A stretch of DNA of 64,000 nt from Polyangiales bacterium (GTDB lineage Bacteria > Myxococcota_A > Polyangia > Polyangiales > Ga0077539). A program made the position numbers and the translations under genes. This document shows, in pieces, positions 34,495-47,856 of this stretch. The DNA is taken from contig JBGARZ010000004.1 in assembly GCA_044229975.1 (NCBI GenBank), forward strand, positions 128,001 to 192,000, given 5' to 3'. Numbering within the stretch: position 1 is the stretch's first letter; each line of letters opens with the position of its first letter. The notes beneath the pieces are model-generated. The model was not told the DNA's origin. It saw only the letters and a list, made by a program, of their open reading frames with translations, and made no database searches.

Positions 34495-36147
34495 ATGCGA
34501 TCGCACTTCGCGTTGACCCTCTCGCTCCTCGGCCTCGGCTGCGGCGCCTCGGTGACCTCCAACGCCACCGACGCCTCCGATGTTCCGGTGGCCTTCATCG
34601 ACGACCCTGCGCCGCCCGTCGATGTGCCCGTCGTCGCGGTGGATGTCCCGCCCGTGATGGTCGAGGACGTGCCGGTGGTGACGCCCGAAGACATCCCCGT
34701 GGTCACCGGCGACCTCGAGATCGGCGCGCCGTGCATGCGCGACTCCGAGTGCCAGTCGGGCCTGTGCGCCAACACGCCCGGGGTCGTCGCGGGCTGTGCG
34801 CAGCCCTGCACCATCGACGACGACTGCGTCGGCGCGCAGTGCGTGCTCGACCGCAACCCCGCGGGCGGGCGCATGGCCTGCGGCCAGGTGGTGACCGCCG
34901 TCGTCGACGCGGTGGGCGCGTGCACCATGGACACCGAGTGCACCTGGGGCCTCTGCCTCGACGGGCTCTGCCACAACCCCTGCGCCGACGACACGTACTG
35001 CCTCGCGGGCTGGCACTGCGGCCCGCAGGCGATCGGCGCGCGCAACGTGCAGGTGTGCCGGGCCAACCCCATCACCGGCGTCACCGTCGAGGACTTCACC
35101 CTCGTCGACGGCCCCGTGCTGGTCGACCGATTGACGATGCCGACCTCGGTGGTGGCGCCGCCCGACACCGTGTCGCTCACCTGGGTCACGCAGGACGTGG
35201 GCGGCGGCAACCTCTTCGCCTCGGTCTCCAACGTCACCTCTCCCGTCGGCACCGCCCTCGTCGACCTCCGCTCCTGGAACACCCTCCGCGAGCAGCCCGT
35301 CCGCACCATCCCGCAGCGCCTGGAGATCAACACCGCGACCTTCCCGGGGCGGGACATGGAGCCGATGGTTCCGGGGGTGTTTACGTCGACGCACCTGCTG
35401 CAAAACGATCGCATGGGCACTGCCGTCACCAGCCGCAACATGCGCGCGCTGGTGCGTATCAAGCGCGCCCCCGGCGGCGTCGCCGCCAACGGGTGGACCT
35501 TGCGCATCGCCATCGTCATGGGTGGTGTTCCGGGGCTCAACACCACCACCGCCCCGACCAACACCCGGCTGCAAAACGCCATCAACCGGATGCGCACCAT
35601 CTACGCGACGATGGGCATCAACATCATGATCGCGGGCTACGGCGAGCTCACCGCGGCGGACGCGGCGCGCTTCGGAACCATCGACAGCCAGGAGGAGCTG
35701 CGGGCGCTCTTCCAGGAGAGCGCGGGCGCGACCCCGGACGTGCTGCCGATCTTCATCGTGCGCGGCATCGCCACCAACGCGGGCCTGGAAAACGCCATCG
35801 GCATTGCGGGTGGCATCAACGGCCCGCCGGGCATCCAGGGGACCGTCTCATCGGGCGTGGTGGCGAGCTGGGACAACTCCAGCGGCCGGGTCGACCTGCT
35901 GGGCCAGGTGCTGGCCCACGAGTGCGGGCACTACCTCGGGCTATGGCACGTGCGCGAGCGCCTCGCCGCGTGCACCGCCGCCGGCCAGATGGACTGCTCC
36001 ATCTTCGGCGGCGTCGACAACATCACCGACACGCCCACCGGCACGACGGCCTCGCAGTACCTGATGTTCTGGACGACGGACGGCACCAACAACCGCCTCA
36101 CCGATGGTCAGGGGCTGATGATGCGCCGCAACCCGATGGTGCACTGA
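34495..36147 (+). CDS. Lipoprotein metzincin metalloprotease (M43/pappalysin-like) with a Cys-rich region
   Basis: Lipobox LGLGC, Cys-rich repeats, HECGHYLGLWH zinc motif, Met-turn YLM. Confidence 0.82.
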   Translation: MRSHFALTLSLLGLGCGASVTSNATDASDVPVAFIDDPAPPVDVPVVAVDVPPVMVEDVPVVTPEDIPVVTGDLEIGAPCMRDSECQSGLCANTPGVVAGCAQPCTIDDDCVGAQCVLDRNPAGGRMACGQVVTAVVDAVGACTMDTECTWGLCLDGLCHNPCADDTYCLAGWHCGPQAIGARNVQVCRANPITGVTVEDFTLVDGPVLVDRLTMPTSVVAPPDTVSLTWVTQDVGGGNLFASVSNVTSPVGTALVDLRSWNTLREQPVRTIPQRLEINTATFPGRDMEPMVPGVFTSTHLLQNDRMGTAVTSRNMRALVRIKRAPGGVAANGWTLRIAIVMGGVPGLNTTTAPTNTRLQNAINRMRTIYATMGINIMIAGYGELTAADAARFGTIDSQEELRALFQESAGATPDVLPIFIVRGIATNAGLENAIGIAGGINGPPGIQGTVSSGVVASWDNSSGRVDLLGQVLAHECGHYLGLWHVRERLAACTAAGQMDCSIFGGVDNITDTPTGTTASQYLMFWTTDGTNNRLTDGQGLMMRRNPMVH

Positions 36148-36157
36148 CGCGAAGGCG

Positions 36158-38992
<2,835 letters not shown>

Positions 38993-39022
38993 TCAGGCGA
39001 GAGGATTTGAACCCCTCCGCCC

Positions 39023-39787
39023 CTACAACCCCCCGAGCTCGCCCGACTCCAGCCAGCCCGTCGCGCCGCCCAGCGTCTTCACCCGCGTGAACACCCCGTC
39101 GCGCGACACCCGCTCCACCCGCTCGCCCTCGCGCACCACCGTGTCCGGGATGCCGTCCACCCGCGCCGTCTGCCGCAGCCGCAATCCCCCGTGCAGCACC
39201 ACCGCCTCCGATGGCAGCGCCCGCCGCGCCGCGACCAGGCCCAGCGAGCCCGCCGTCAGCACCAGTGACAGCACCAGCGCCACCGTCATCCCGACGCCCT
39301 CCAGCTCGGACGTCACCCGCCGCCGGCGCCACACCGACAGCACCACCCCGAGCTGCCCGATCACCCCCAGCACCACGCTCCACCCAAGCGGAACCAGCTC
39401 CCCCACCTGCACCTGCAACGGGACCGCCTGCTCCACCACCGCCTGCCCCGAGCGCCCGGCGTCGCGACGCGCCAATCGCAGCCGCGTCGATCGCAGGTTG
39501 CTCCGCGTCTCCCACGCCAGCGGCGAGCGCCGCAGCACCCGCTCGAAGCACCAGATCGCCTCGCCGTAACGCTCCTGCCGCGCGTACACCGTTCCGAGGT
39601 CGTACAGCACCCCGTCGCTGTCGACCCCAGCGGCCACCAGCTCTTCCAGCGACCGCGCCGCCGTCGGCAGATCGCCCCGTGCCTCCGCGCTCAACGCCCG
39701 CCCCAGCAGCTCGCGCGCGCTCACCGCACCGGCCGTCGCGCCCGCGAGCAACAAGCCCAGCGCGACCGCTACACCCGCCCGCCTCAC
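39023..39787 (-). CDS. BatE-like TPR + TM + SH3 protein
   Basis: YDLGTVY TPR, two TM helices, SH3b-like tail ending TGWL; GTGA overlap with the batD-like gene. Confidence 0.75.
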   Translation of the reverse strand: MRRAGVAVALGLLLAGATAGAVSARELLGRALSAEARGDLPTAARSLEELVAAGVDSDGVLYDLGTVYARQERYGEAIWCFERVLRRSPLAWETRSNLRSTRLRLARRDAGRSGQAVVEQAVPLQVQVGELVPLGWSVVLGVIGQLGVVLSVWRRRRVTSELEGVGMTVALVLSLVLTAGSLGLVAARRALPSEAVVLHGGLRLRQTARVDGIPDTVVREGERVERVSRDGVFTRVKTLGGATGWLESGELGGL

Positions 39788-41637
39788 GCGCTCGCCTCCA
39801 TCGCTTCGACCACCGCGCGCACCTCGCGCAACGCCTCCGCCACCGCCTCGCGGTCGGCCGACGCGCCCGCAAATCGCAGCCCGTCGCACGCCTCGCGCGC
39901 CGCTCGCGCTCGCTTCGTCAGCGACTCGTCCACCGTCTTCGCGCCGCGCTCCGCCCGGTCGAGCGCGCGCGAACCGAGGCCCAGCGCGCCCGTCGCATCG
40001 CCCGCCGCGAGCGCTGCGTCGGCCTGCGTGAGCAGCGAGCGAGGGTCGTTCTTCGCGGTCTCGGCCTGCGCCGTGCGACGGGTCTTCGACCAGCGCCGCA
40101 GCGCCTCGCTCAAACCCGCCAGCAACACGGCGCCGGGGACCAGCGAGAGTGTTCCCCACACCCGCAGCGGCGTCGTGAAGAAGCTCGACGTCGACGTGAG
40201 CGGAACATCACGCAGCAGCCCTTCGAGCGCGATGGACGGGTCGGCCGCGGCCTCGTCGTCGTCGGGCGTGGTGGTGCGCGCCGTCCCGGTCGCGGTGAGC
40301 ACCGGCAGCTCGACCCGCGTGGTGTCGTAGCGCCCCGTCGACGGGTCGAACCACGGCACCATCAGCGGCGCCATCGTGAACGCCCCCGGACGATCGGCCA
40401 CCAGCCGGAACTCGTTGGTCACCTCGCTCCGCAGCGGCTCGACGTTGCGGTCGATCTGCGAGCGCGACCCGCCCGTCAGCACACGCAGACCGTCCACCGC
40501 GCGCGGCGACGGAAGCGTCACGCTCCCGAGGTAGCCGTTGCCCTGCGCGCGTATCGTGAGCGTCGCGGTCTCGCCCACCGGAACCTGCGCGCGGTCGAGC
40601 GTTGCGGTGAGCGTGAGCGGACCGATGGTGCCTGGGACGTAGCCCGCGGGGCGACCCTCCATCGGGGCTTCGCGCGCCTCGATGACCAGCGATGGCGTCG
40701 CGAGCTCGGCCCGGCGGCGACGACCGAAGAAACCACCGTCGCTCTCGATGTACTCGACGCCCATGCGCAGCGGGCCGATCTCCATGCGACCCGCGTGCGT
40801 CGGAAATACGGCGAGGCGACGAACCATGCCGGCCCACATGTTCCAGGAGCCGACGCGCTGCGGAATCCAGCGGCGGGCGCACTGCTGCTGCGGCTCCATC
40901 AGCACCTCCGACCAGAAGCCGTCGAGCGTCGCCTCGCGCAGCGGCTCGCAGCCCGCCTCGTTGCTGGGCACGTACACGAAGGCCCGAAACACCACCTGCT
41001 GACCGACGTACGGGCGCTCGACGTCGACCACCGCGCGCAGGAAGCCCGAGGACTGGGCTTGCGCGCCGGTGAGGGTTCCGTCGGGCGGGACGTCGGGGCC
41101 GGTGGGAATCTGCGGCTCCGGCGGCGCCTGCGGCTCCATCGGGTCGAAGAGACCGGGAGGGAAGGGGTTGTTGAAGTCGGGATCGGGCGCCTGTTGGGGC
41201 GCGGAGCCTTCGCGCGTGACGACGATGGTGTAGGGCCCGACCTGGGCGACGGTGCGCCCGTTGGCGTCGATGGCGCGGGCTCCGCGGACGACGTAGCGAC
41301 CGGGCCGTTGCGCGCGCAGCAGGTACGTCGACGACGAGCGCATCACGAACATCCCACCACCGCCGCCCATCATCATGCCGGCGGGGGCCTGCGGAGGTTC
41401 GGCGCGGCTGAGCGTCTCGACGCCGTTGGGGATGTCGAGGGGCATCACGCGCACCGACGGACCGCCCTGGAAGGTGAGCCCGTAGGTGAGACGGAAGGGT
41501 GCGCCCGCGGCGGGCTGCGGCGGGTCGACGCTGAGCTGGAGGGACACCTGGGCGCGCGCCTCGACGGAGAAGGCGAGGGCGACCGCGAGGGCCGTGGCGG
41601 AGCGTCGTTGGCGGGGAGAGAAGAAGGTCGGACCCAT
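39784..41637 (-). CDS. BatD family protein
   Basis: Signal peptide, PYVGQQV, LDGFWSE, VPVGETATLTIRAQGNG, WFDPSTGRY, C-terminal TM. Confidence 0.82.
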   Translation of the reverse strand: MGPTFFSPRQRRSATALAVALAFSVEARAQVSLQLSVDPPQPAAGAPFRLTYGLTFQGGPSVRVMPLDIPNGVETLSRAEPPQAPAGMMMGGGGGMFVMRSSSTYLLRAQRPGRYVVRGARAIDANGRTVAQVGPYTIVVTREGSAPQQAPDPDFNNPFPPGLFDPMEPQAPPEPQIPTGPDVPPDGTLTGAQAQSSGFLRAVVDVERPYVGQQVVFRAFVYVPSNEAGCEPLREATLDGFWSEVLMEPQQQCARRWIPQRVGSWNMWAGMVRRLAVFPTHAGRMEIGPLRMGVEYIESDGGFFGRRRRAELATPSLVIEAREAPMEGRPAGYVPGTIGPLTLTATLDRAQVPVGETATLTIRAQGNGYLGSVTLPSPRAVDGLRVLTGGSRSQIDRNVEPLRSEVTNEFRLVADRPGAFTMAPLMVPWFDPSTGRYDTTRVELPVLTATGTARTTTPDDDEAAADPSIALEGLLRDVPLTSTSSFFTTPLRVWGTLSLVPGAVLLAGLSEALRRWSKTRRTAQAETAKNDPRSLLTQADAALAAGDATGALGLGSRALDRAERGAKTVDESLTKRARAAREACDGLRFAGASADREAVAEALREVRAVVEAMEASA

Positions 41638-41872
41638 CGGGTGTGTCGCGCGAGCGCGGACCGCGTACTACCACCGACCGACGGGTTGTGAAGGGCGCTC
41701 TGACGGGGGCTACCACCGTCGATAGCGCCCACACCGCGGCGTCAGCGCGGCGCGGGTCCTGTCGACGGTGGTAGCCCCCGACCCCCTCGCGGGTGTAGTC
41801 CCCCGCACCACGCGCGGTGTCGTCGCCACAGCCGCTCCCATCCGCGCCTCCTCGAAAGGACCCACCTCCCCC

Positions 41873-42574
41873 ATGAAGACCATCGTCTCGCTCTCGTGTC
41901 TCTCGCTGCTCCTCGGTTGCGCCAGCACGCCCGCCCCGGCGCCCGTTGCGCCCGCTCCGGCCCCCGCGCCCGAGCCCGTCGCCGCACCCGAGCCCGCTCC
42001 GGCCCCCGCGCCCGTCGCCGAGCCCGAGCCCACGCCGCCGCCCGCCCCCGTGGCCTTCGTCGCCTCGCCCGACGACATCGCCGCCTGGGGCCACGCGCGC
42101 ACGCTGCTCGACTTCAACGCCCGCGCCAACTTCGGCGGCGGCCGGCTCACCACTGGGTTCACGCCCGATCCGTGGGCCTTCCCGCTCACCGCGGGCGGCG
42201 GTCGCAACCCCGTCAACGTCGAAGACCTCCACATCCGCGATCACGTCAGCGGTGAGGCGTGCAGCCGGTCGTTCGTGACCCGCCGCCCCGACTTCCACTT
42301 CAACTTCACCGCCGGAACCACCTTCCCCCTCCTGCGCTTCTACGTCATCACGCAGAACAACTCCGACGCCACGCTGGTCATCAACGAGCCGGGCGGTCAG
42401 TGGCGCTGCAACGACGACCACCACCACGAGGGCTGGGGCAACAGCCTCATGCCGGTCATCGACTTCGCCAACCCCGCCGCCGGCCGCTACGACATCTGGG
42501 TCGGAACCTACGACGCCTCGTCGCACAACCCCGCTTCGCTCAACGTCACCGAGCTCGACACCAACCACCCGTAG
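41873..42574 (+). CDS. Lipoprotein with a Pro-rich linker and a PPC-like beta-sandwich
   Basis: Lipobox LLLGC, GFTPDP, DATLVINEPGGQWRCNDD, GRYDIWVGTY. Confidence 0.78.
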   Translation: MKTIVSLSCLSLLLGCASTPAPAPVAPAPAPAPEPVAAPEPAPAPAPVAEPEPTPPPAPVAFVASPDDIAAWGHARTLLDFNARANFGGGRLTTGFTPDPWAFPLTAGGGRNPVNVEDLHIRDHVSGEACSRSFVTRRPDFHFNFTAGTTFPLLRFYVITQNNSDATLVINEPGGQWRCNDDHHHEGWGNSLMPVIDFANPAAGRYDIWVGTYDASSHNPASLNVTELDTNHP

Positions 42575-42637
42575 TCGGCGCGGTCCCGCCCGCGTTGATG
42601 CGCCGCTCCTCTCCGTGGCATCACCACGATCCCATCG

Positions 42638-43507
42638 ATGAGCGTCCCCCCCGCATCACCCGGTGACGTCCCCCGCTGGGCGCGCTCGCTGCTCGCCGCA
42701 CACCGCGCCCTCGACCTCCTCCACGCGCAGCGCGTCGCCGCCACCTTCGAGCTGCTCCGCTCGGCGCTCCCCGCCGCTGCGCGCGGCCCCTTCACCGACG
42801 CCATCTTCGCCCGTCAGCCCACCTACGCGCCCGGCGGCGCGCGCTTCGCCGAGGCCCTCTTCCCCTGGGAACTCGCCGCCCTCCAGCACCCCTCCTGGCC
42901 GCGCACGGGTCGCATCCTCCTCGGTGGCGCGGGCGGCGGTCGCGAGCTCGCCGCGCTCTCGGTGCTCGGCTACGAGGTCGTCGCCTTCGAGCCCTCGTCC
43001 CTCGTCGACGATCTCACCCGCGCCGCCCGCGTCGCTCCCACTCCCTGCGCGGCGCTGCGCGGCGACTACGACGCCCTCCACCGCGCGCTCACCGTCGGCG
43101 ACGGACCCCTCGCATCCGTCGCTCCGCCCGCGCGCTTCGACGCGGTGCTGCTCGGCTGGGCGAGCCTCTCGCACGTGCTCGACCCGTCGGCGCAACGTGG
43201 GCTCCTGCGCTCGCTGCGACGGGCGTTTCCCGAGGCGCCGGTGCTGCTGAGCGTTCATCGCCACGATGGGGTGGCGGCGCCGTTGGCTGCCCGCGCGGTG
43301 CGTCGCGTGGCCCGCGGTCTGCGCTGGCCCGGCGCGGCGCTCTCCGACGCGGTGGCGGTGATGCCCTTCGCGGGCTTCGTCTACCGCTTCACCGAGGCCG
43401 AGCTCCGCGCGCTCGCGGCCGACACCGGCTACGACGCGACGGTGCACCTGACGCCGTACGCCCACGCCGTGCTCTCGCCGTCGCGCGCAGTTGGCCCGCA
43501 CCGATAG
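42638..43507 (+). CDS. Class I SAM-dependent methyltransferase-like protein
   Basis: RILLGGAGGGRE motif I, VVAFEPS, FDAVLLGWASLSH. Confidence 0.7.
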   Translation: MSVPPASPGDVPRWARSLLAAHRALDLLHAQRVAATFELLRSALPAAARGPFTDAIFARQPTYAPGGARFAEALFPWELAALQHPSWPRTGRILLGGAGGGRELAALSVLGYEVVAFEPSSLVDDLTRAARVAPTPCAALRGDYDALHRALTVGDGPLASVAPPARFDAVLLGWASLSHVLDPSAQRGLLRSLRRAFPEAPVLLSVHRHDGVAAPLAARAVRRVARGLRWPGAALSDAVAVMPFAGFVYRFTEAELRALAADTGYDATVHLTPYAHAVLSPSRAVGPHR

Positions 43508-43534
43508 CGGGGCGGTGCTCTACGATGCGCCGCG

Positions 43535-44449
43535 ATGAGCACCAGCGGCGGAAAGAAGGCGGTCATCGCGGCACTCGGGGCGAACGTCGCCATCGCGGTG
43601 AGCAAGTTCGTCGCGTGGCTCTTCACGGGCTCGTCGTCGATGCTCGCGGAGTCGGTGCACTCGCTCGCCGACTCGGCCAACCAGGCGCTGCTGCTCTTCG
43701 GCGCGCGGCAGGCGCAGCGCAAGCCCGACGAAGAACACCCCTTCGGCTACGGCCGCGACCGCTACTTCTACTCCTTCGTCGTCGCCCTCGTGCTCTTCGC
43801 GCTCGGGTCGGTGTTTGCGCTCTACGAGGGCTTCCACAAGCTCCACACGCGCGACCACCTGGAGTCGCCCTACCTCGCGCTCGGCGTGCTCGGCGTCGCC
43901 GTCGTGCTCGAAGGGCTCTCGTTTCGCACCGCCGTGCGCGAGGCCAACGAGCTGCGACAAGGCGAAGGCTGGGTGGCCTTTGTCCGGCACAGCAAGTCCC
44001 CCGAGCTCCCAGTGGTGCTGCTCGAAGACTTCGGCGCGCTCATCGGCCTGGTGCTCGCCATCGTCGGCGTGAGCCTCACCATCGCCACCGGCGACTCGCG
44101 CTGCGACGCCATCGCGACCCTCTGCATCGGAACGCTCCTCGGCATCATCGCCGTGGTGCTCATCTTCGAGACCAAGAGCCTGCTCATCGGCGAAGGCGCC
44201 ACGCCCGCCCAGGTCGCGGCCATCCGCGCGGCGCTCGCGGCCGTCCCGGAGGTTCCGCGGGTCATCCACCTCAAGACCCTCCACCTCGGCCCCGAAGAAC
44301 TCCTCGTCGCCGCCAAGATCGAGGTCGACGCGACGAAGAGCTTCCCCGAGGTGGCGGCGATCATCAACGCCGCCGAGGGGCGCGTGCGCGCGGCGGTTCC
44401 CATCGCGCGGGTGATCTACCTGGAGCCCGACGTCTACCGCCCGGCGTAG
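43535..44449 (+). CDS. Cation diffusion facilitator (CDF) transporter
   Basis: MLAESVHSLADSANQ, HPFGYGR, VLLEDFGAL, IYLEPD. Confidence 0.93.
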   Translation: MSTSGGKKAVIAALGANVAIAVSKFVAWLFTGSSSMLAESVHSLADSANQALLLFGARQAQRKPDEEHPFGYGRDRYFYSFVVALVLFALGSVFALYEGFHKLHTRDHLESPYLALGVLGVAVVLEGLSFRTAVREANELRQGEGWVAFVRHSKSPELPVVLLEDFGALIGLVLAIVGVSLTIATGDSRCDAIATLCIGTLLGIIAVVLIFETKSLLIGEGATPAQVAAIRAALAAVPEVPRVIHLKTLHLGPEELLVAAKIEVDATKSFPEVAAIINAAEGRVRAAVPIARVIYLEPDVYRPA

Positions 44450-44468
44450 GGAGGGAGCGCTCGGTGCT

Positions 44469-44721
44469 CGTCCCGCTGCGGGCCGGAGTTCGCGTGACCC
44501 CTTCGCGAGTGCGTGCAGTCGCTCCCTCCGGGCTATTTCAAGTTGTCACCTCGCTGCGCGAGGTTGCAGTACGGGTCTCAACGAACAATCCATCGACCAT
44601 TCATCGGCACCCGCAAGCTCTTGCAACCTCGCGCAGCGAGGTGACAACTTGAAATAGCCCGGAGGGAGCGACTGCACGCACTCGCGAGGGGGTCACGCGA
44701 ACTCCGGCCCGCAGCGGGACG
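44469..44721. repeat. Long palindromic REPIN/MITE-like element (family C, copy 2)
   Basis: ~100-bp arms homologous to 11254-11529; the core is inverted relative to copy 1; lies between convergent genes. Confidence 0.85.
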
Positions 44722-44735
44722 CCCCTTGGGTTCGC

Positions 44736-46727
44736 TCACCGCGGGGCGAACGCGACCCCGCGGTACGACATGTTCATCGGCGCCTGCGCGATGACCGTCA
44801 CCGCGCCCGACAGCGTCGTCGCGCTCACGTCGATGCGCAGCAGCCGCGCCCGTCCCTCGCTGGTCACCCCGTAGAGCACGTAGTCCGCCCCGTTGGTGCG
44901 GCCCGTCAGTCCGCGCAGCGGGTTGGGCAGCCCCGTCACGTTGCCCATGGACGTCCACGTCCCGCCGATGAGGCGCCAGCACTGGAGGCCGCCGCCCGTG
45001 GGGCCGCCGTCCGCCAGCAGCGTGCGGTCGTCCGCGAAGAAGATCACGTCCGCCGCGCCGTTGCCGTCGCGATCGAAGGCCGCGACGCCGTACGGTGACA
45101 ACGACATCGACGACGTCGAGGGGAAGCCCGGCAGCGGCGACAGCACGCCACCCGGCGCGCGCGGCAGCGTCGACGTCGCGAAGACGCCCGACCCGCTTGA
45201 GTTGGAGCCCGTCACCAGAAGCTGCTGCCCAAACACCGCCACGCTCCGGAACACCTCGCGGCTGGTCACCACTGCCCCCGCCGGCGAACCCCCGTAGCCC
45301 GTGTACACCACGTCCCCGACGCTCGTCTGCGTGTGCACCGACCAGAACGCGCTCCCGTCCACCGTCGCCACCGCGCGGATCGTCATCCCGGTCGCCGTCG
45401 CGCCAACGCTCGTGCGCGTGTCCACCACGCCCGCCGCGTTGATGCGCGCGATCACCCGCTGCCCCACCGCGCTGAGCCCCGCCGCCGAGCCCGGCGACGC
45501 CTCGTAGCCGCCCATCACCACGAAGCGCTGGTCCAGGGAGCGGAAGAGGAAGCCCTCCGCGCCGGCCGTCCCCGACAGCGTCAGCGCCAGGTTGCCCCCC
45601 GGCGTCGTCGTCGTCGGCAGCGCGATGGGCGACCCCACCATCGCGCCCGTCGCGCCGTTGTACGCCTCGATGTTCACCGCCGCCGCCGTTCCTGCCAGCG
45701 AGGCCACGCCGTCGCCCACGCGCACCACCCACACGCGGTCATCGCCCGTCGGCGTCCCGAGGTCGGGCGTCGGGTTGCTGCGGTCGACCGGCACATCGAT
45801 CGGCGCCGTCGGAACATCCACCGTCCCCGCGTCCATCCCCGGCGTCGGGCAGCTCGTGTCGAGCACATCACGCGACGTCCACGCGCTCGGCTGCGCCGTC
45901 ACGTCGAAGCGCCACAACGGCGTCGCCGCGATGGTCAGCCGACACCCCGCGCGCAGCCCGAGCGGCCCCTGCAGACTCGTCGGGATGCGAAACTTCAACA
46001 GCGGATCAGCCGGCAGCGCGGCCGTCGCAAACGACGCCTGCACGAAGCCCGTCCCGCCCGGTCCGAAGTCGCTGGTGAGCGTCCCCGTCACGGTGATGAG
46101 CTCGTGCTCGTAGCCCTGGAGCCCCGTCACCAGGTCGGCGGCGTTGCTCACGTCCTGCGTCAGCGCACCGAGCGAGACGCCCGTCGCGTCGCGGGTGTAC
46201 CCGCCGACCTCCGCCGCCCACCGGCTCGTCGGCGACGTCGGCGTCGCCACCCGCGTCACCGTGAAGCTCACCCGATCACCCGCCGCGGGCGCAGGCGTGA
46301 GCGTCGCCGCGTTGACCGCCACGAAGAGCGCCGGCCCCATGCGATCGGCCTGCACGAAGAAGCCACCCGGGTCCGTCGGCGAGGCCGTCCCGTCCATGCG
46401 GATGGTCGGCTGCACCACGTAGGTCACCACCGCGCCGTCGACCCGCAGCGCCGCCACGCCCGGCGCCGACGCCCGCACCGCCGCGATCTGCTGCGACGCG
46501 CCCGTCAACGGAACATCCACCGCCACCTGCACGTCCGCGCCGATGGGAGTGTCGAGACCCGTCGGGGTATCGGCGCCCGTCGGGGTGTCGACCCCCACCG
46601 GGACGTCCGTGGTGGTGGTCGGGCGGTCGACCGAGGCGTCGACGGGGGGCGGCTGATCGACGCCGCGGGCCGAACACGCCAGCGCCACCGACGTCAGCAG
46701 CGCGAGAGAACGAGCGTTTCCTTGCAT
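44736..46727 (-). CDS. Hypothetical lipoprotein (OB-fold-like + beta-propeller-like)
   Basis: Lipobox VALAC, DxP linker repeats, GFFVQ, C-terminal YRGVAFAP. Confidence 0.72.
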   Translation of the reverse strand: MQGNARSLALLTSVALACSARGVDQPPPVDASVDRPTTTTDVPVGVDTPTGADTPTGLDTPIGADVQVAVDVPLTGASQQIAAVRASAPGVAALRVDGAVVTYVVQPTIRMDGTASPTDPGGFFVQADRMGPALFVAVNAATLTPAPAAGDRVSFTVTRVATPTSPTSRWAAEVGGYTRDATGVSLGALTQDVSNAADLVTGLQGYEHELITVTGTLTSDFGPGGTGFVQASFATAALPADPLLKFRIPTSLQGPLGLRAGCRLTIAATPLWRFDVTAQPSAWTSRDVLDTSCPTPGMDAGTVDVPTAPIDVPVDRSNPTPDLGTPTGDDRVWVVRVGDGVASLAGTAAAVNIEAYNGATGAMVGSPIALPTTTTPGGNLALTLSGTAGAEGFLFRSLDQRFVVMGGYEASPGSAAGLSAVGQRVIARINAAGVVDTRTSVGATATGMTIRAVATVDGSAFWSVHTQTSVGDVVYTGYGGSPAGAVVTSREVFRSVAVFGQQLLVTGSNSSGSGVFATSTLPRAPGGVLSPLPGFPSTSSMSLSPYGVAAFDRDGNGAADVIFFADDRTLLADGGPTGGGLQCWRLIGGTWTSMGNVTGLPNPLRGLTGRTNGADYVLYGVTSEGRARLLRIDVSATTLSGAVTVIAQAPMNMSYRGVAFAPR

Positions 46728-46913
46728 GGCCGACGCTGTCTACAACACATGGCTCCCGGCATGAAGACACCGGCCACGCGCACCCCTGCGCCGGGACACC
46801 TACACGCCACGGATGGCTCCGCTGAACACTCGGGTGACCAGTCGAGCGATCACAGAATCCCCAGCGAATGACGCCGCGCAGGCGTGGCTGCGGGCTTGCA
46901 CAGACCTTCGCGC

Positions 46914-47852
46914 ATGCGCGCTGGCGGTCGGTTCTCGGGGATGATGGCGATGGGGTTCGCGGCGCTGACGGCGCTGGGCTGTGCCGCGGACGAAGCCGAC
47001 TCGGACGACTGGGACGAGGCCAACGACGTCGGTGAGATCAGCGTCGCGGGGCGGTGGATCCCGTCGGCGAGCGCCAACGCCGCGGCCGATCGGCAGTACG
47101 CCCGCTACGACGACGCGATGTCGTGGAGCGGCGGTCGCAACTGCGGCGGCGGGTTGCTCGTGGGTACGCGCGAGCTCGGCGGATACCTCGTGGGGAGCTT
47201 CCGCGGGGTGAGCCGGTACGAGGGTTATGCGTGTCGGCCCAACACGGCCAACACCAGCCAGACGTCGATTCACGGCACCGGGCGCGCGATGGATGTGTTC
47301 ATCCCGACGCTGAGCGGCGGGGCCGCGGACAACACCGTCGGCGACGCGGTGGCCAACTGGGTCATCGCCAACGCCTCCGCCCTCGGCGTGCAGCTCGTGA
47401 TCTGGGATCGCAGCTCATGGAACGCCAGCCGACCCGCCGGATCGAAGCTCCGCACCTACGGCGGCCCGCACCCGCACAACGACCACATCCACATCGAGCT
47501 CAACAACGACGGCGCCGCGCGACGCACGGCCTGGTACCGCGACCGCGCCGCGGCGACCGCGCCGACGAGCACCACCACGACACCGAGCACGCCGAGCACG
47601 CCGACCCCGACGCCGCCGCCCGCTTCGACGGCGCTGCGGCTGCGGGTCAACACGGGCGGGCTCAACCTGCGTCGCGGGGTGGGCACGGCCTACGGGGTCA
47701 TCACGGCGATGCCGTGCGGCGCGACCGTGACGGTGGTCGGCGGCCCGACGTCGGGCTGGTACGAGGTGACCTACAACGGCGCGCGCGGCTGGGCGTCGGG
47801 AACCTACCTGGTGCCCGAGGCGAGCTTCCGCGCGTCGGTCTGCGGGAGCTGA
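46914..47852 (+). CDS. Lipoprotein with an M15/LAS-like Zn peptidase and SH3b domain (candidate peptidoglycan hydrolase)
   Basis: SIHGTGRAMD...HNDHIHIE (HxxxxxxD...HxH); SH3b LNLRRGVGTAY...GWYEVTYNGARGWASG. Start may be 46941. Confidence 0.78.
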   Translation: MRAGGRFSGMMAMGFAALTALGCAADEADSDDWDEANDVGEISVAGRWIPSASANAAADRQYARYDDAMSWSGGRNCGGGLLVGTRELGGYLVGSFRGVSRYEGYACRPNTANTSQTSIHGTGRAMDVFIPTLSGGAADNTVGDAVANWVIANASALGVQLVIWDRSSWNASRPAGSKLRTYGGPHPHNDHIHIELNNDGAARRTAWYRDRAAATAPTSTTTTPSTPSTPTPTPPPASTALRLRVNTGGLNLRRGVGTAYGVITAMPCGATVTVVGGPTSGWYEVTYNGARGWASGTYLVPEASFRASVCGS

Positions 47853-47856
47853 AACA

